From the NCBI GenBank assembly GCA_964016885.1, contig OZ024743.1, forward strand, positions 253,208,001-253,272,000: DNA of 64,000 nucleotides. Reading direction: 5' to 3'. The notes beneath the pieces were generated by a model, which worked only from the letters and a program-made list of their open reading frames with translations, made no database searches and had not been told where the DNA came from. Below are positions 39,014 through 54,753 of this stretch, piece by piece. The position numbers and the translations under genes are program-made. This DNA is from Eledone cirrhosa (Eukaryota). Position 1 is the first letter of the stretch, and each line of letters starts with the position of its first letter.

Positions 39014-39314
39014 AGGGTGGCGTGTGTGTGTGTGTGTGTGTGTGTAAAAGGCAAACAGAAATAACAAAACAAACGATAAGATATATATGTATATATATAT
39101 ATATATAGGATACTCAAAATATGAACGCTTGTTTTTATGAATAATATATTACTTGTAGCTGTAAGTTGCTGGTTAGTATCTGAAGATTGCAGTCTAATAT
39201 TACACATCCATCGGAGTATGCAAGCCTCATTTCTATTAACTCAGCCACTAAATGCTACTTAATTCTTACATCTTGTAATATGTGGTATAACAGTTCGAGC
39301 ACAATCAAGTTGCC

Positions 39315-40200
39315 GCACGTTCGACCACCATGTTTGTGGCATATATTAATGACATAGATGCCAACTTAAAGAATGCCACGGTACTGAAATATGCAGATGG
39401 CATCAAGCTATACCTTGAAATCAAAAGGACTGATCCTGAAATCTATAACTCTTTCCTACAATCATACCTGGACACAATGCAGCAATGGATCACAGACTGG
39501 TAACTGAAGCTGGCTGTGGACAAGTGTACCACCATGCAATTTGGGAGGAAAATCCAGCGTCCACATACTCCATCCACAACACTGATATCAAGAAGTCCTC
39601 TTGTGAATGTGACCTGGGCATTACTGTCAGCAGCGATTTGTGTTTGACAAAGCATGTCTGTAAGATCGTCAAGGAGGCCGAGGGTGTCTTGGCATCACTC
39701 AGCAAGACCTTTGTTAGCCGCTCTCCAGCCATCTATTTAAAGCTGTATACAGCTATGGTACGACCACACTTGGAATTCGCATCATCAGTCTGGAACTCCT
39801 ATCTTGCTCAGAACATTGACCTCCTGGAAACTGTTCAGAGACGTGCAACCAAGCGCATACCCTCCATCAGACACCTACTATACTCTGAACGCCTTGCTTC
39901 TCTGGGCATGGATTCATTGAAGCTCCGACGTCTGGCAATGGACTTGGTAAACACCCACAAATTTATTAACCATCTCGCCAACAACAACCCTGAGCACCTT
40001 TTTGATCTCCATGTGTCTAACACACGTGGAGATGCCTACAAAATCAGAAAACAGCACAGCTCCCATGACTTTCGGAAACATTTGTTCACGCTTAGAGTTG
40101 CTGAAGCATAGAACAAACTGCCTGCGTCAGTTGTTAGCTGCCGAGACACTGCATCCTTTAAAACCCTCATACTTCCCGAAATTCGCCAAAACTACACCTG
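39315..40200 (+). mobile_element. 5'-truncated CR1/L2-group LINE (RT C-terminal part)
   Basis: FVAYIND..LKYADGIKL, CDLGITV, YTAMVRPHLEFASSVW, LETVQRRATK and YSERLASLG. Confidence 0.82.
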
Positions 40201-40499
40201 ATGTACCCCATCCATACACATGCACACATGTGTATATCATGAATCATGCACTGTTAATTTTCCTGACGTTTGTACATTACCCTATGTACTATACATACAC
40301 TTTTTGATGAGTTGTAGTGTACCTGAGCACTGTACACATTATTTTCATTAGTATTATCAAACCTGTAGTCTTTGGTTGTCTCTCATTACGTTTACTTCGA
40401 GAGTCGCAGTGCTTGTACTGGTGGACCCGTCCTTTGTATTATGGCATATTGCCTATCATCTAGGCCCCGTGTGATCGCCTTTGTGACGTTCTTTCCTGA

Positions 40500-41150
40500 G
40501 TTCATACTTCACAACATCATCCCATGTCTTCCTTACTCGCCTTTTTTGCAGGTGTCATCCACATCAAGTGCTGGTCACGCTTTTATACAACTATGACTCT
40601 GCTTATGAATTATATAATCACATCAGTGAAACTTTCTCTCTTGCACAGTATATTCAATGCGTTTTATTTGCAGCCTTTCTTTCATATTGCTTGTGCTCTG
40701 TCTTCCATGTTACATTAACATTACATCTCATAACGTTCCATCTCTTGTAGATCAGCACTTGTCTTCCTGCCATGAAACATTGCATTTCGAACTCAACTAT
40801 CGTATAATCTACCCTTCATTCTGTGAGAAAAGCCCTTTGTTACTAGCTGAGGTAACAGCTCCCTGATCTTCTTCCATCCTGTTCTCACGCAGACTACAAC
40901 ACTTCCAGTACATCTGCGCCCATTGCTATTAAAGTCCCCTACAGAACAAAAGCTATCTACTACTTTTAGTGAGCCTCCGGAATATTTGAAAGAGTTCATT
41001 TCTCGAGAAATCCTACTGCCTACAAGTACTGTGCACCTCTCAAATATGAAGGCTACCTTCTCTGCCAGCCTATCTGTGATTCTGCTATATCTACTGCTCC
41101 CTTTCCAAACGAGAAAATCATATCTGGACAAAATAGAGAGTCTTCCTCCA
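40500..41150 (-). mobile_element. Degenerate RTE-clade LINE fragment
   Basis: SLKVVDSFCSVGD..VRTGWKKIRELLPQLVTKGFSHRMKGRLYDS is typical of the RTE post-RT region. The downstream boundary is approximate. Confidence 0.65.
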
Positions 41151-41644
41151 TGACATATCTCAACGCTGTTAAAATTATGACGTATACACACCTAACCACC
41201 AAGCCATGTATTTTCACATTAATTGAAAAAATTAAGGATAATGTCGGTGAAGCATTACGAAATACAAAGAAGCTTTTATATTTTCAAGACTGTTCTTTTA
41301 TTTTCAATTATTTTCTGAAAATACACGATATCTGAAATGGTGTAATAAAACATATTATATTTTTGTTAGGGTTATAATGCCCGTTAAAATGCACCAACCT
41401 GTAGTTCACTGCTTTTCTATCTGATTGATCTGACGAAATCTTTCGTTACACATCTGCGCAACATTTATGTAATGTATTAATTGATTTCCTATAATCCTTT
41501 CAGGTGATCAATTGAAGAATTCAAGAACCCCCTTTAGAAAATGAATAAATGAATAAATAAATAAGATTAAATAAAGGAAGGGAAATCTCATTCATTTCAA
41601 TCTTCAATGAAGCTACTCTTCCTACATTTACAATTCTAATGATA

Positions 41645-41838
41645 ATGATTTCTAATTTAGGCACATCGCCAGCAATTTGGGGGAAGGGGAACATCGATTA
41701 TATCGACTCCACTACTTAGCTGGTAGCTTATGTTATCGATTCCAGAAGGATGAAAATTGAAGTTGATTTCGGTGGGATTTGAACTCAGAATGTAAAAACC
41801 AAAATAAAATCCGGCAATGGCATTTCATCTGACGCTAT
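41645..41838 (-). mobile_element. SINE
   Basis: Same core as 24975-25125 (tcgattatatcgac..ttatcga..aggatgaaa..ggatttgaactcagaa). Confidence 0.75.
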
Positions 41839-42154
41839 CAATAATAATGATGATGATGATGATGATGACTGTGATGATGATGTATCAGTAAAAGCCAGGA
41901 ACATCCAAATTCCACACAAATAATAATTTTCACACTTTTGTATTTAGCATACTTCTAAAAAAAAGACACTATTCTTCATTGTCAAAATATATTGAAAATA
42001 TTAACTAATGTGGAGAAATTTGGTAATAGAGTGAATGTTCTCATCATTCAGCTGATGTTTGGTTGGAATATTTCTTAACAAATGTTCTTACGTAAATTAC
42101 GTTAGAAGGATTTTAGATAATTATAGACACTTTAAAATAATTTTAAAAAATTAG

Positions 42155-42358
42155 AGGGATAGAGCGTCGAACAAACTGCTTTGTAGCATTTAGTTACTGT
42201 CTTTTGCATTCTCAGTTCGAATCCCGCCATGGTTAGCTTTGCCTTTTATCCTTCAGCGGTCGATAAAATAAACTACTAGCCAATTACTGGTCTCAATGTA
42301 ATTGGATTTCCCCGCCACCAAAATCACACTCCTTGTGCCTATGGGAGAAACAATTATT
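42155..42358 (+). mobile_element. SINE
   Basis: tagagcgtcg..ctcagttcgaatcccgcc..ctttgccttttatcc..gtcgataaaataa..ccttgtgcct. Confidence 0.75.
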
Positions 42359-43404
42359 AAGTTGATGGTTCAAGCAAAACAAAAACTGTTACATAAAATT
42401 ATGATGTAAAATGTTTTATCTGCAAATATAATACACTTAAACGGTTGCGTCTATTTCACACACATCACAGATACATAACTACACAGAAGCAGGCAGGAGC
42501 ATTCACAAACAAACACAGATATAGTACCTATACATTATACCATTTATTTCACACACACTCATATACACGCTGTGAATTCTATTTCACCCACAAACATCAC
42601 ACATATACTCTATGACAACTATCTCACACACATCCTCCACACACACATTGTACCATCTATATCGCACAATCACATCACACGCATACACTCAGTGCCATCT
42701 ATGTCACACACATATTGTGTCATCTATAACACATAAATCCCACGCATACACTCCGTGCCATCCTTATCACAAATATATCAAACACACACTGTTATGTTTA
42801 CCCCACACTCATATGCACTGGTCCATTAATTTCAAATACTCACATGCATATACTCTGTTTCACCTACTTCACACAAACACCCGCACTCACGCACACATAC
42901 ACACTGTTCCATCTATCGTGCACACATACATATTTTGCCATCTATAACACTCACATACATCACAGAAAAAGACATTCAACGCCACAAAATCATTCACAGC
43001 ATATGCCACTAGAAAAAAATTATTCATATTTCTCCAAGACTTTGTATTTTAACAGTTAACAATAAATAAATATGAATGAATGAAAAATAAATATTAATAT
43101 TAATAATAATAATGAAAAATTTAATTCATCACAAGTAACAGCACACAGATTTTCCTATAAAAACAATATGGTGAATCTACTACAGCAGAACAACAATAGA
43201 ACATATCCACTTGAAATTTGTAGATGTACGTCATAGTGGTAAATATTTCTTACATCTATAGTGTGTTGATTTTGCTGTTAGTTCATATATCTTTATAATT
43301 TAGTTTAAAAGATAGAGAAATTACCAAGTTTAAATCTGAAAATAGCATTAACGTCTACTTGAAGTCTTCCTTTGCCAGTATTTAATACAATACAGATCCA
43401 CACC

Positions 43405-43562
<158 letters not shown>

Positions 43563-44246
43563 ATGTATTTCGTAGATTATTAGATTAAAACTGAAAGCTT
43601 TCCATTTTTTCTGTGCACAGCCATGTTAAATCTTTTCTGATCATACTTATCTGTATTCATTTATATTGCCAAAATCATCATCATTTCACATCTGTTTTTG
43701 CTGCTAGCAGGTAATACGCACACGCATACATGTGCATAGCTATGTAGATATATACATATTTATATGTGTTTGTAATTGTGTGTTTCTAAATGTGTTTATG
43801 TGTGTATATTCATTAAATATAAGTCGCACAACCATTCACATACGAAATGTAGAAGCTATCGTACATATTGGATCGAGGTATTTGTAGACTCAGTAGGTGA
43901 TTCCTTTGCAAGTTTTTCTCATTGAATTTTCTGTGGGATTGATGTGACTTAAGCATAAGTAATTTTATTCCCTTAGCTCTTCATAAAGGTCCGAGAGATT
44001 GGCTTTATATACACGATGTTTGTTGACATTTAAAAGCTGATTAAGCTATCTAATTTAAGATGGCATGTGTTGTTACAAACTCTTAACTTATTATTTTAAA
44101 GCGACTTGCCGATATCCGGAAAATATGGGGTTTGAATCCGCAAAGCGGCCGAATGCAACGTCTTTTTATATGTTTAAGGATCTCCACCCTAATTTATAAG
44201 CTATTTTATGTCCGCGTACGAGCAGGCCATTATTTATATATATATA

Positions 44247-44326
<80 letters not shown>

Positions 44327-44391
44327 GTGGGTATTAAGATGACATACTGGTGTTTCTACTAAATCAAGCACTCTATGTGCAGGCAGAGTGC

Positions 44392-44733
44392 ATATAATAG
44401 AGAAAAAAACGAGGAAGTTTCGTTTACACACGAAAAATATTTATTGCGTACTGTTACGTATCGAACTGTTACGCGCGTTTCGCAGAGGTTTGGCAGAAGG
44501 TGGCCTACAGGAGGTATGGAGCCCACTCCAGTATCGATATTCTCGTCAGACTGGTGATGTGACAAAAGATATATTTTTCTGGCCACATCACCAGTCTGAC
44601 TAGCAGATCGATACTGTAGTCGGATCCATAACTCCTATGGGTCACTTTGAGCCAAGTCTCTGTGAATGCACGTAACAGTTCGATACGCAATAAATATTTG
44701 TCACATGTAAGTGAAACTTCCACTTTTTTTTTC

Positions 44734-44741
<8 letters not shown>
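44392..44741. repeat. Diverged ~170-bp-arm inverted repeat with hammerhead remnants in both arms
   Basis: Left arm on - (44466-44554): CTGACGA..ctctgc-GAAAC-gcgc-GTA. Right arm on + (44591-44678): CTGACTA-gcaga..tctgt-GAATG-cac-GTA. Confidence 0.88.
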
Positions 44742-44781
<40 letters not shown>

Positions 44782-44913
44782 AGGAGTTGAGGGACCCAGC
44801 ATATTTATCAATGCCAGGACCGGTTGTATCTCAGCGCACTCAATAGGCAATGTAGGATACATTCCCAGAGTATACACATAGTTATTCGCTTCAATACAAC
44901 ACACGTAAAACGG

Positions 44914-44990
<77 letters not shown>

Positions 44991-45424
44991 CCAGAAAGTG
45001 CTGGTAAAATCCAGTACTTCAGTATGCGGAGAGGGGGCACTCAACGAAGATATAAGTTCCGGTGTTATAATAGTGACGAAACATAAGTCAATTGCATGAA
45101 CTCATAATCCTTCATTTACTGCTATATATATTTCGATGATAAGGACGGGAACTTTCCTCAAGCTATATGGATAAACCCCGGTTATGGCCTCCCCCCTCCC
45201 CCATGTAGGTCCCCTACACCCCGTACTAATGACTAATGGGCAACAACACCCACCTATAGTTTGTGGTCCTTACCTAAAAACCTTACATTATAATTCTAGA
45301 TGAGAACGTTTGTTAAGTTATGTTCCTAACACCAGCTTAGTTAGGAGAAAGTTGCTTATATCACTGTATCCCTCTCAGTTTTAGATTATCTAGAAAATTA
45401 TTTGAAAAGAACTGTTTTCATAAG

Positions 45425-45590
45425 AGGGTCGGACGCCATGCTTTCCAGTATAGTTACGTCCCTTTATGATCTGAGTTCAAGTCCCGCCGAGGTTGACTTT
45501 GCCTTTCATCCTTACAGGGTCGATAAAATAAAGTACCATAATGCACTGGGTAATTGCTGACCTTGTGCCTAAAGTAGAAACAATTATAAT
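45425..45590 (+). mobile_element. SINE nested in TTAA-MITE-like repeat (about 45290-45750)
   Basis: ctgagttcaagtcccgccgaggttgactttgcctttcatcc core, nearly identical to 52270-52390. Both flanks carry the aacaccagctta..gagaaagtt motif. Confidence 0.75.
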
Positions 45591-46937
45591 GGTATGTAAG
45601 AACCTTTGTTAAATTCTGTTCCAAACACCAGCTTAATAAGGAGAAAGTTAGATATATAACTAACTCCCTCTGCATTCTTAATTATTCAAGAAATTATTTG
45701 AGAATCATATTCAGTGTTTTCATTAGAAATATGGTAACAGAGGGATAAGCAGCAAACTCGTCTATAATTAAAGATATTTCATAGAGAGAGGGTTGGTGGA
45801 GAGCAAAAAAATCTATAATGTTTTATGACATGACTTAAGGTATTATCTGAAATAGAGAAATGTATATACTACTTGGACTTGTTCAAAATCCAATTACTTT
45901 ACATCTCTTCAGAATAAAACCAAAACACACACACACACACAAACAAACACACACACACACACACACACATACACACACATATACACACACATATACACAC
46001 ACAGTGCTTTAATTCATACATCATCATCACAATTTTCATCATCATCATCATCACCAGCAGCAGCAATCACTTAATAATCATTATCATGATTGTATATACG
46101 TCTGCGTATACAAGAAGAAGGAGAAGAACGACAACAATATTAATAACAATCACCATATCATTAGCATCACTATCATGATGATCATTATTACAGCCATATA
46201 TACAATTATATTAACAAACTTGAAATCATATAAACGAAGACAACAACAGCAATAAATGAATAAATATATAAATAAATAATATTAAACGGAGATAATAATA
46301 AAAAAATACATTAAGATGAAAAATATATATAATTGTTTAATAAGAATGTGGCCATTTATTATTTTCTGGTTGGCTTTGCAATAATATGTATTGCTAGAGA
46401 ATCAGACATGGGTAGAGTGGTGGGGGAAGAGAGGTAGAGAACGGGAGAGAGAAAGAGAGAGAGAGAAGGGGGACAGAGATAATGAGGGACAGAGAAAGAG
46501 AGAGCGAGAGAGAGCGGTTGGGAAATTAGGGAGAGAGTGGCAGAGGGTTGTTGAAAGGGAAAAAAGGCGTCAAAATTGGAGACGGGTTGGGAATATATAT
46601 ATATATATAATTAAGAATTGTTTTCTGAAGAAGAATTGAAGGGAACCAGGGTAAAAAAAGGTACTCAATATATTAATAAAGAGGAATTTCTATAAGATGT
46701 ATATATATATATACCGAGATAGAGCGGGCGAGAGAGTTAGTGAGAGAAGGAAAAAGATAGAATATAGAGTTCTAATTGCTGTAAAACCAACATATACTCT
46801 CAAACACATTCAAACATATACAAACAAACAGGTTTACATACACACACCCATGCCAATATACACACAATATGCACATTCACAAACATATTTACACTCACAC
46901 ACATATACACATACACATATATATATATATATATACT

Positions 46938-47075
<138 letters not shown>

Positions 47076-47494
47076 CTTTATATGTATATATATATATATA
47101 TACGATTGTATATAAATATATATACATATACATATATATATATATACATATATATACACACATACATAGTGACAGACCCCCCCCCACACACACACACACA
47201 TATGCACGCAAACACACACAAACATATACGGACTAAAAAATCTAAGCAAGATATTTTCATATAAACGAAAATAACGACGACGGCAACAATAATAACAATG
47301 ATAATAACTTGACAAATTAAATTTAAAATATCAGATATAAATTATTAGTGTTCTATTAGGTTTTAGCTCAGTCTTAGTTGGACGATTGTTTTATCAATTT
47401 TCTCTTATACAAATATATATATACTATCACATATATTTACATACATATACACACATACACGAGTAGGTGCATGTGTGTATACATAGCATCCATT

Positions 47495-47578
<84 letters not shown>

Positions 47579-47749
47579 TATATATATATGTATATATAAA
47601 TATATATATATGTATATACATATATATGTATATATATATATATGTATATGGATGCTATCTAAACACACATCCACCCACACACAGATATATACATATATAC
47701 ATATATATATACATATATATTTATATAAACATGTATGTATACGTGATAG

Positions 47750-47828
<79 letters not shown>

Positions 47829-48109
47829 CATATATACATAGTCTTTCAAATTCAATAATTACTGTGAAAAAGATAGATGCCAGCTTGGAAGAGTATAAAT
47901 AATTTAAGAATCTTTAATAAGATTTAGTATTGCTGTTTCCTAAATAGATTTCTTGCTGTGCTTTTCATGAATATAATGTGAAAGAAAATATTCCGGTATA
48001 ATACATTGATGAACAGACATCGAATGAGATTGAAATGCCCTCACACACACACACGCACACACACACACGCACGCACACACACACGCACACACACACATAC
48101 ACACACACG

Positions 48110-48193
<84 letters not shown>

Positions 48194-48229
48194 TGCTTAC
48201 ATATATGTTTCTCTTTTCCTTCCCTCTCT

Positions 48230-48960
48230 GATCTACTCTATTCTTTCTGTATCTATCTTTAGTTTACTGTGTAAAAAGCCTTTTGCAGATTCACAAATGC
48301 AATGAGCAAATCCTGATGTTGCTTTCTGTATTGTTCCCCGAACCAACCTTGCAAGAGACATTGCTGACTGGTCTTTCAGTAGAAAGGCTTTGTCTGATGA
48401 CCTGACACATTCCATAGCACAGCTTGCAGTACCACACAGAGCTCTGATAGCATATCATGTCTGGCTGCATATATCTTCAATCCTTCTTCAGGATATGAAG
48501 GGTAAACTAAGCATCACTCTGAAAAGCTCACCACTGCCTTTTAAAAGTGTGTAACGATGGGTTGTCTAGAGATCCTTTATAGGTATTGTAAATGTTGCTC
48601 AAGAGCCTGCTGAGTTCTCACCGTACCATCCTTGATATTTTTCCAACTTGAATCTGATAATTTCGGTAGAAACATCATAGAAGAATGAACTTAAGAATGA
48701 ACTTAAAAACATTGATGCTAGCCTTGGAGGTGATGAGTGCCTTTGAAGGTTTCCATTTGACTGGTAGAGAGTCGTGAAAGATTGCAACAGATGGGTTTCT
48801 TTAGGGCTGGTGCTCTTAAGTACCGTATGAGACACAACTGCAATCTGGTTGTTGGTATTATAAAGTACAGGAATGTTTGTGAGTGAAATGAAATATCTGT
48901 CCCTCAGAGGGATCAGTGGCTCCAATTAACAACTGATGAGGTCTGTGATGAACTCTGAAA
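48230..48960 (-). mobile_element. Degenerate RTE-like LINE fragment
   Basis: The minus strand near 48270-48340 reads GEQYRKQHQDLLIAFVNLQKAF (RT motif QEKxRE..FVDLxKAFD). The upstream extent is approximate. Confidence 0.55.
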
Positions 48961-49087
48961 CTCTTGCTAGCAGGAAAAATGGATATTAAACGATAATGAT
49001 GATGATGATATATATATATATGTGTGTGTCTTTGTGTGTTTGTATGTATATGAGTATGTATATGAAATATATGTAGCTTGTAGCTAT

Positions 49088-49126
<39 letters not shown>

Positions 49127-49339
49127 CTTGCTTGTATGAGGGATGCATATAATTCTGAAGATATGTAATTATGTAGCTAAATCTCTGAACGTCCAAGTAC
49201 GGCGACTAAAGATGACGATTGATGGAAGTGCTGGCACCTTGGAAGTCTCTGAAAATATATAAATATATTCCACACTGAATTCTAACAGACACAGCAATGT
49301 CATTATATAAATATCACATATCTAAGCTGGCATATTTCA

Positions 49340-49487
49340 ATTCATCATTATCATCACTGCGTCCATTGCTATCATCATCATCATCATCATCATCATCACC
49401 ATCATCATCGTCACCAACATCACCAACAACAACAACAGCAAGGGCAACAACAGAAACAGTAACAACTACAACATAGCCACCATCACT

Positions 49488-49521
<34 letters not shown>

Positions 49522-50075
49522 ACACCATCTCCCTCATGTTTGATACCATCAGCAACAGCAACAATATCATCATAACCATCATTTATATCATCATCATTGT
49601 CTTCACTACTGATACTATCACAAGCAGCAACAATATCATCATCATCATTATTATCACTACCATGGATAACATCATCAGCAGCAGCAATATCATCAATGTC
49701 ATCACTATTAATCTCATGCTAATCCTCACATTCAACATCATCCTCCTTTGCATCTTCCACCTCTTCTTTCTCACCATAATCATCATCATCATTGAAATCA
49801 CAATTACTATTACTTATGTTGTTGATGATGATTATTCAGTGATCTCATTGAGTTAGATAATGATGTTTATGGTGATGATAATAATGATTATGAAAAAAGA
49901 TTATGTTGATGATGATGGTGATAATGATGATGATGATGATGTTGGTGGTGTAGATGGTGGTGATGATGGTGGGGATGATGGTAAGAATTGTGGTGATGAA
50001 GGTGGTGGTTGTAATGTTGGTAAAGATGGTTGAGTTGATGCTGATAATAATGATGATGGCTATGGTGGTGATGAT
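49340..50075. repeat. Degenerate (ATC)n tract followed by (GAT/GGT)n tract
   Basis: Low-complexity trinucleotide region with a strand polarity switch near 49810. Confidence 0.85.
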
Positions 50076-51954
50076 AGATGGATAAATGTATTGATGGAGA
50101 CTGTCTCGCTAAAGATCAACAGAGTCCATGACTCTAATTCGTGTAAGAAGACTTAATCAGATGTTGAAGATATCGAGACAGACAGATTATGGGAAGGAAA
50201 TATACTAAAATATATAAATAGTACCTATTTTTATTGTAGCAAATTACTACACTTACTATTCTGTTGCTTTTGACAGAGAGACAACAACATGAAACCATGA
50301 CTGAAATTCAATGACTAATTGGTTAATGAGGTATCAATATGTTACCTTATCAATTCCACTGTCTGTGTTCCTCTGACTATCATGATATGCATTATTAAAA
50401 TAAATGGAACACATTGAGAAATTTATGTTGAAGATGTGTAAATACGATAACATTTGGAAGTCTGGTGGTGAAAGCTAATAATACATCTCTCCTCAAATGC
50501 CCTCTCTTTCTTAAACATTTTGATATCAATTCAACTAAAACTCCCCTCGTACTATGATATAAAGCTGCTTATATAAAGTCTTTTGAAACTAAACTACCCG
50601 AAATTGTTCATCATTCTACGATATATAGCTTTTTCAGTTAGAGTGTTTATATTTATTTAAAAAACCTTTTAGCATAACATTATGTAAGGAACTTTAAGTT
50701 ATGGCACAAACACCAGCTTAATAATGAGAAAGTTAGTTATATTACTATATCCTTCCAAATTCGTACTTATTTTCGAAGTTATTTGAAAACTAAAGAAAAT
50801 AGCTAGTTAATCATGGACAGCTTCATGTTAAAGTAGTAACTTATCTAAACTTTTTAAACTAAAATTTTCTTAGCACTCCAAAAAATATTAAACAGGTTGG
50901 CTCTCATTATATGTACGATGCTGTGAGTATGATAAATAAAATATAAGACAGAACGTTTGCTGTACTATTTAGTCAGAAATAGTTTTATGTACTCAAAATA
51001 ACTAGACTTAGAATAACTAACAGGCAGCTTCACTTCGAAGTGTTAACTTCTCTAAACATCTTAAAGCTAAAATTTATTAAAGCTCCATTAGTGCATGGCT
51101 TAAATTCCATGAATCGTTACAGGCGTGATGATGTACGTGTGGCAAGTAAAATGCATTAATCAACATAGTAAATCACAATGTGTTGGTGGGAATAGTAATG
51201 CTATTTATTATCTACTAGAATACTGACACATGTACATACATTAATATTGTATTTTCTTCTTTTTTAGCTTTGGATTTATACTGTTCAGTAAAAGTAGCTC
51301 TTTTAAACTGGTATCAGAATCAGTCTTACTGACAAAACCTCTGGTTGTACTGATTTCTGAGTTGTTCTCTAGCAGTATAGAAAAACGTCATATTTAGATC
51401 TATATATAATACTATGCATAATAGATATACAATGTGGGCCTTTTAAGAAGAGATTATGCAACAACTATGGCAGCTTCAGAGTAAAAAGACTGTATGTATT
51501 TCAGAGTTCTAACTCATCATCAGCATTGGCTTACTTATCCCTAGATATTTTGTAATTAAACTTTTCTGGTTGAAAACTTATTTACATATAATGCAAGCTT
51601 GACCAGCTAATGTTATTTACTGATAACACTAACACATTATGAAGCATATATGAGTCCGTATACAATATGTTTATATCTAGTAAATATCTATTTAGCTGGA
51701 ATTGTTTGGGGAAAGACAGTACAATGCAAATTAGAAATAATTTTCAATGAACACTATGCATTCAACCAGGCAAACATGCTCAAAAGCATTCCTTTGAAAT
51801 AATATAATTTCTCTCATTTTCCTACTTTTCATTTTCGTATTGCATGGATCAATAAGTTGAGGCATCATAATGACATACAAGCATGTTTGTGCATTTTAAC
51901 CCTGGTGGGGCTCATTTCCTCTCCAGGTTTGAACACAGAATATTTCCTCTAAAG

Positions 51955-51959
<5 letters not shown>

Positions 51960-52042
<83 letters not shown>

Positions 52043-52059
52043 CAGAGAGAGAGAGAGAG
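51960..52059. repeat. (GA)n microsatellite
   Basis: Directly visible. Confidence 0.95.
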
Positions 52060-52199
52060 CGGGTGGGTTAGGAAGTGAGAAATGATATAGTGTATCGTCC
52101 CCAGCACTGGACTGCTACGTTTTTATCGACCCCAAAAGGATGAAAGACAAAGATGGCCACCATATTTATATACCACACCATTATTTCTATATTTCCTGT

Positions 52200-52392
52200 G
52201 GTGGTGGTTTGGCAGCATCGGTAGATGGTCGGACAACATGCTTTGTAGCACAGAGTTACGCCCCTTTCTGATCTGAGTTCAAATCCTGCCGAGGTTAACT
52301 TTGCCTTTCATCCTTACAGGGTCGATAAAATAAAGTACCAGTAATGCACTGGGTATTTGCTGGCCTTGTGCCAAAAGTAGAAACAATTATTT
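52200..52392 (+). mobile_element. tRNA-derived SINE
   Basis: A box tggcagcatcgg, B box gagttcaaatcc and the family core. A minus-strand fragment lies just upstream (52088-52160). Confidence 0.8.
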
Positions 52393-52857
52393 CTATATTT
52401 CCTTTCTTTTTAACCTTGGAAATCTTCCACGATATTGGTTCAGAGTCCAGATATATTTATGCAATGACAATTAGCATTGTGAAAACAAAAAAACAAAAAT
52501 CATATATCACATTATGACCAGCATCTTTAGCAATGTCCAAAAATACTTCACTGGCCACAAAGTTCCAACCACACAATTACATAATACTAATGTTTGCTGC
52601 AAAGTTGAGATAAAGAGAGAGAGAATTTTTTAGTTGTAGATCTCTATTTTTTTCTATTATTTCTATATTTTTCCTGTATTTAAGGTGTGTGTATATGTGC
52701 ATGAGTGAATGTATAGGTGTGTATATTTGTCATGTATCGATGTATCTATATACATTGCACACACACACATGCACGCATATACACACATACATGCACACAC
52801 ATGTATATATATACATATATATATATATGCATACATAAATATATATACATACATAAC

Positions 52858-52888
<31 letters not shown>

Positions 52889-52922
52889 CATATATATTTA
52901 TATATATATGTATATATATATA

Positions 52923-52960
<38 letters not shown>

Positions 52961-53422
52961 AACACACTCACACATCAATACATATACCTATAGTTAATGA
53001 TATTTTCGGACTATTTAGTTTGTTTTGATTATTTCCGGTTTGGTGATAACGCAATACAGTGCTGCATGGTAAACAAAAAAAACACATACAAGTAAACGGA
53101 CAAAAATATGAAAAAAAGAACCTAAAGCAGATAACTAAACAACGTAACATCTCCACAACCACCACTACCACCCCACCACTGACAACAACACTGCCAGCTC
53201 CACTAAAAACAACCAACATCACCAAAAACAACACTGTCAATGCCACCAACCACTACCACCAACGCCACCCCAGCAACACTGCTAACACAACCAACAACAC
53301 CAACAACACAAACGCCTCTAACAAAACACCACATACTCCTTCACATCCACCACAACCAACAACCACAATCTATTATATGGAAATAAAATACAAACCTGAT
53401 TGTGGTGTGAAGTAAATATAAA

Positions 53423-53498
<76 letters not shown>

Positions 53499-53509
53499 TA
53501 TATATATAA

Positions 53510-53545
<36 letters not shown>

Positions 53546-54719
53546 CTCTCTTTCTTTATCTATAAATCTCCCTTTCTTCTGTTATAAGTCCCACCTACTC
53601 GCCATAGTTTTCTACATGGAGTTTTATTTCAGCAGAAGACATAATATTATGTTGTTTTCCCATTGTAATAAAACTATACTTGAATCACACCAGCTACAAA
53701 GGGAGAATAAGTAATGATAAACCAACACAAAAAATGATTCCTCTCTTCACCCCACCTCCACAAAACCTCCATTGCCATTAGATTTAGTGTGTTAATGTAT
53801 TCAGTTCTTTATTTATCAGCTGCGCTTTATATTTAGATGTTTATATTATAGTCCATTGTTCTAGGATTGTTGTATGTGGTGGGGGGAGTGGTGGGGTTAG
53901 TGCTAGTGCTGATGTGTTGGTGTTCGTAGTGATGGTGGTCTTCGTGTTAGTGCTGATGTTGTTGGTGGTGATGTTGTTGATGTTGTTGTCATTGTAATTC
54001 AAGCGACTGTCATGTCACTTAAGTTATATAATTTTATCTTCAAAGAACCACCACAATAAACAGTTAAGAAGGTACTTGAACCAATGGTTAAAATGATGTT
54101 ACTCACAATCTTATGATTATGGGTTCAATGTCAAGACCTTGTTGTAGATTGTGTTCTTGAGGAAAGAGGTTTCATTTTCCACTGCCTTTTATGATAGGAC
54201 TGGAACCACTACAATTAAATAACCTGAAATATCTGAGATGCAGCCATGTAAGAGGCCAGCTAAACCTACATAAGTTATAAACTGTAAATTTCATTTCTTT
54301 TCATTTTGTTCATCATGTTTATATGTTCTTGATAGATTGCAACCACAATACCCAGTTACAATTATCCTCAACACAGAAATACACACCAAGCTGATATAAC
54401 CCTCTACATCCTGATACAGTATGTAACTAGGCTGGATATTTGGATTACAGCTACAGTTCAGCCAACAGTGTATAACTAGGCTGGATTTTTTCAGTTTTCA
54501 GTCACAGTTACAGTTCACCAGTCAACCATCCACACAATTTCCGTCCATCAAATTTCACTCACAAGACTGGTGTAGACCTAAGGCGCAAGTAAAAACATTT
54601 GCTGAACATAAGATCTGAGCCAAAGACCTCATAATTTCAAAGGGAACTTCTTAACTACTCAACCATGACTGCATTCACAACACACTGCTATAATCATCCA
54701 CATCACGGAAATATACAAC

Positions 54720-54753
<34 letters not shown>

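Noticed and set aside
49340-50075. (ATC)n/(GAT)n as a functional hairpin or membrane-protein ORF
   Set aside because: Only low-complexity complementarity, with no specific pairing or coding signal.
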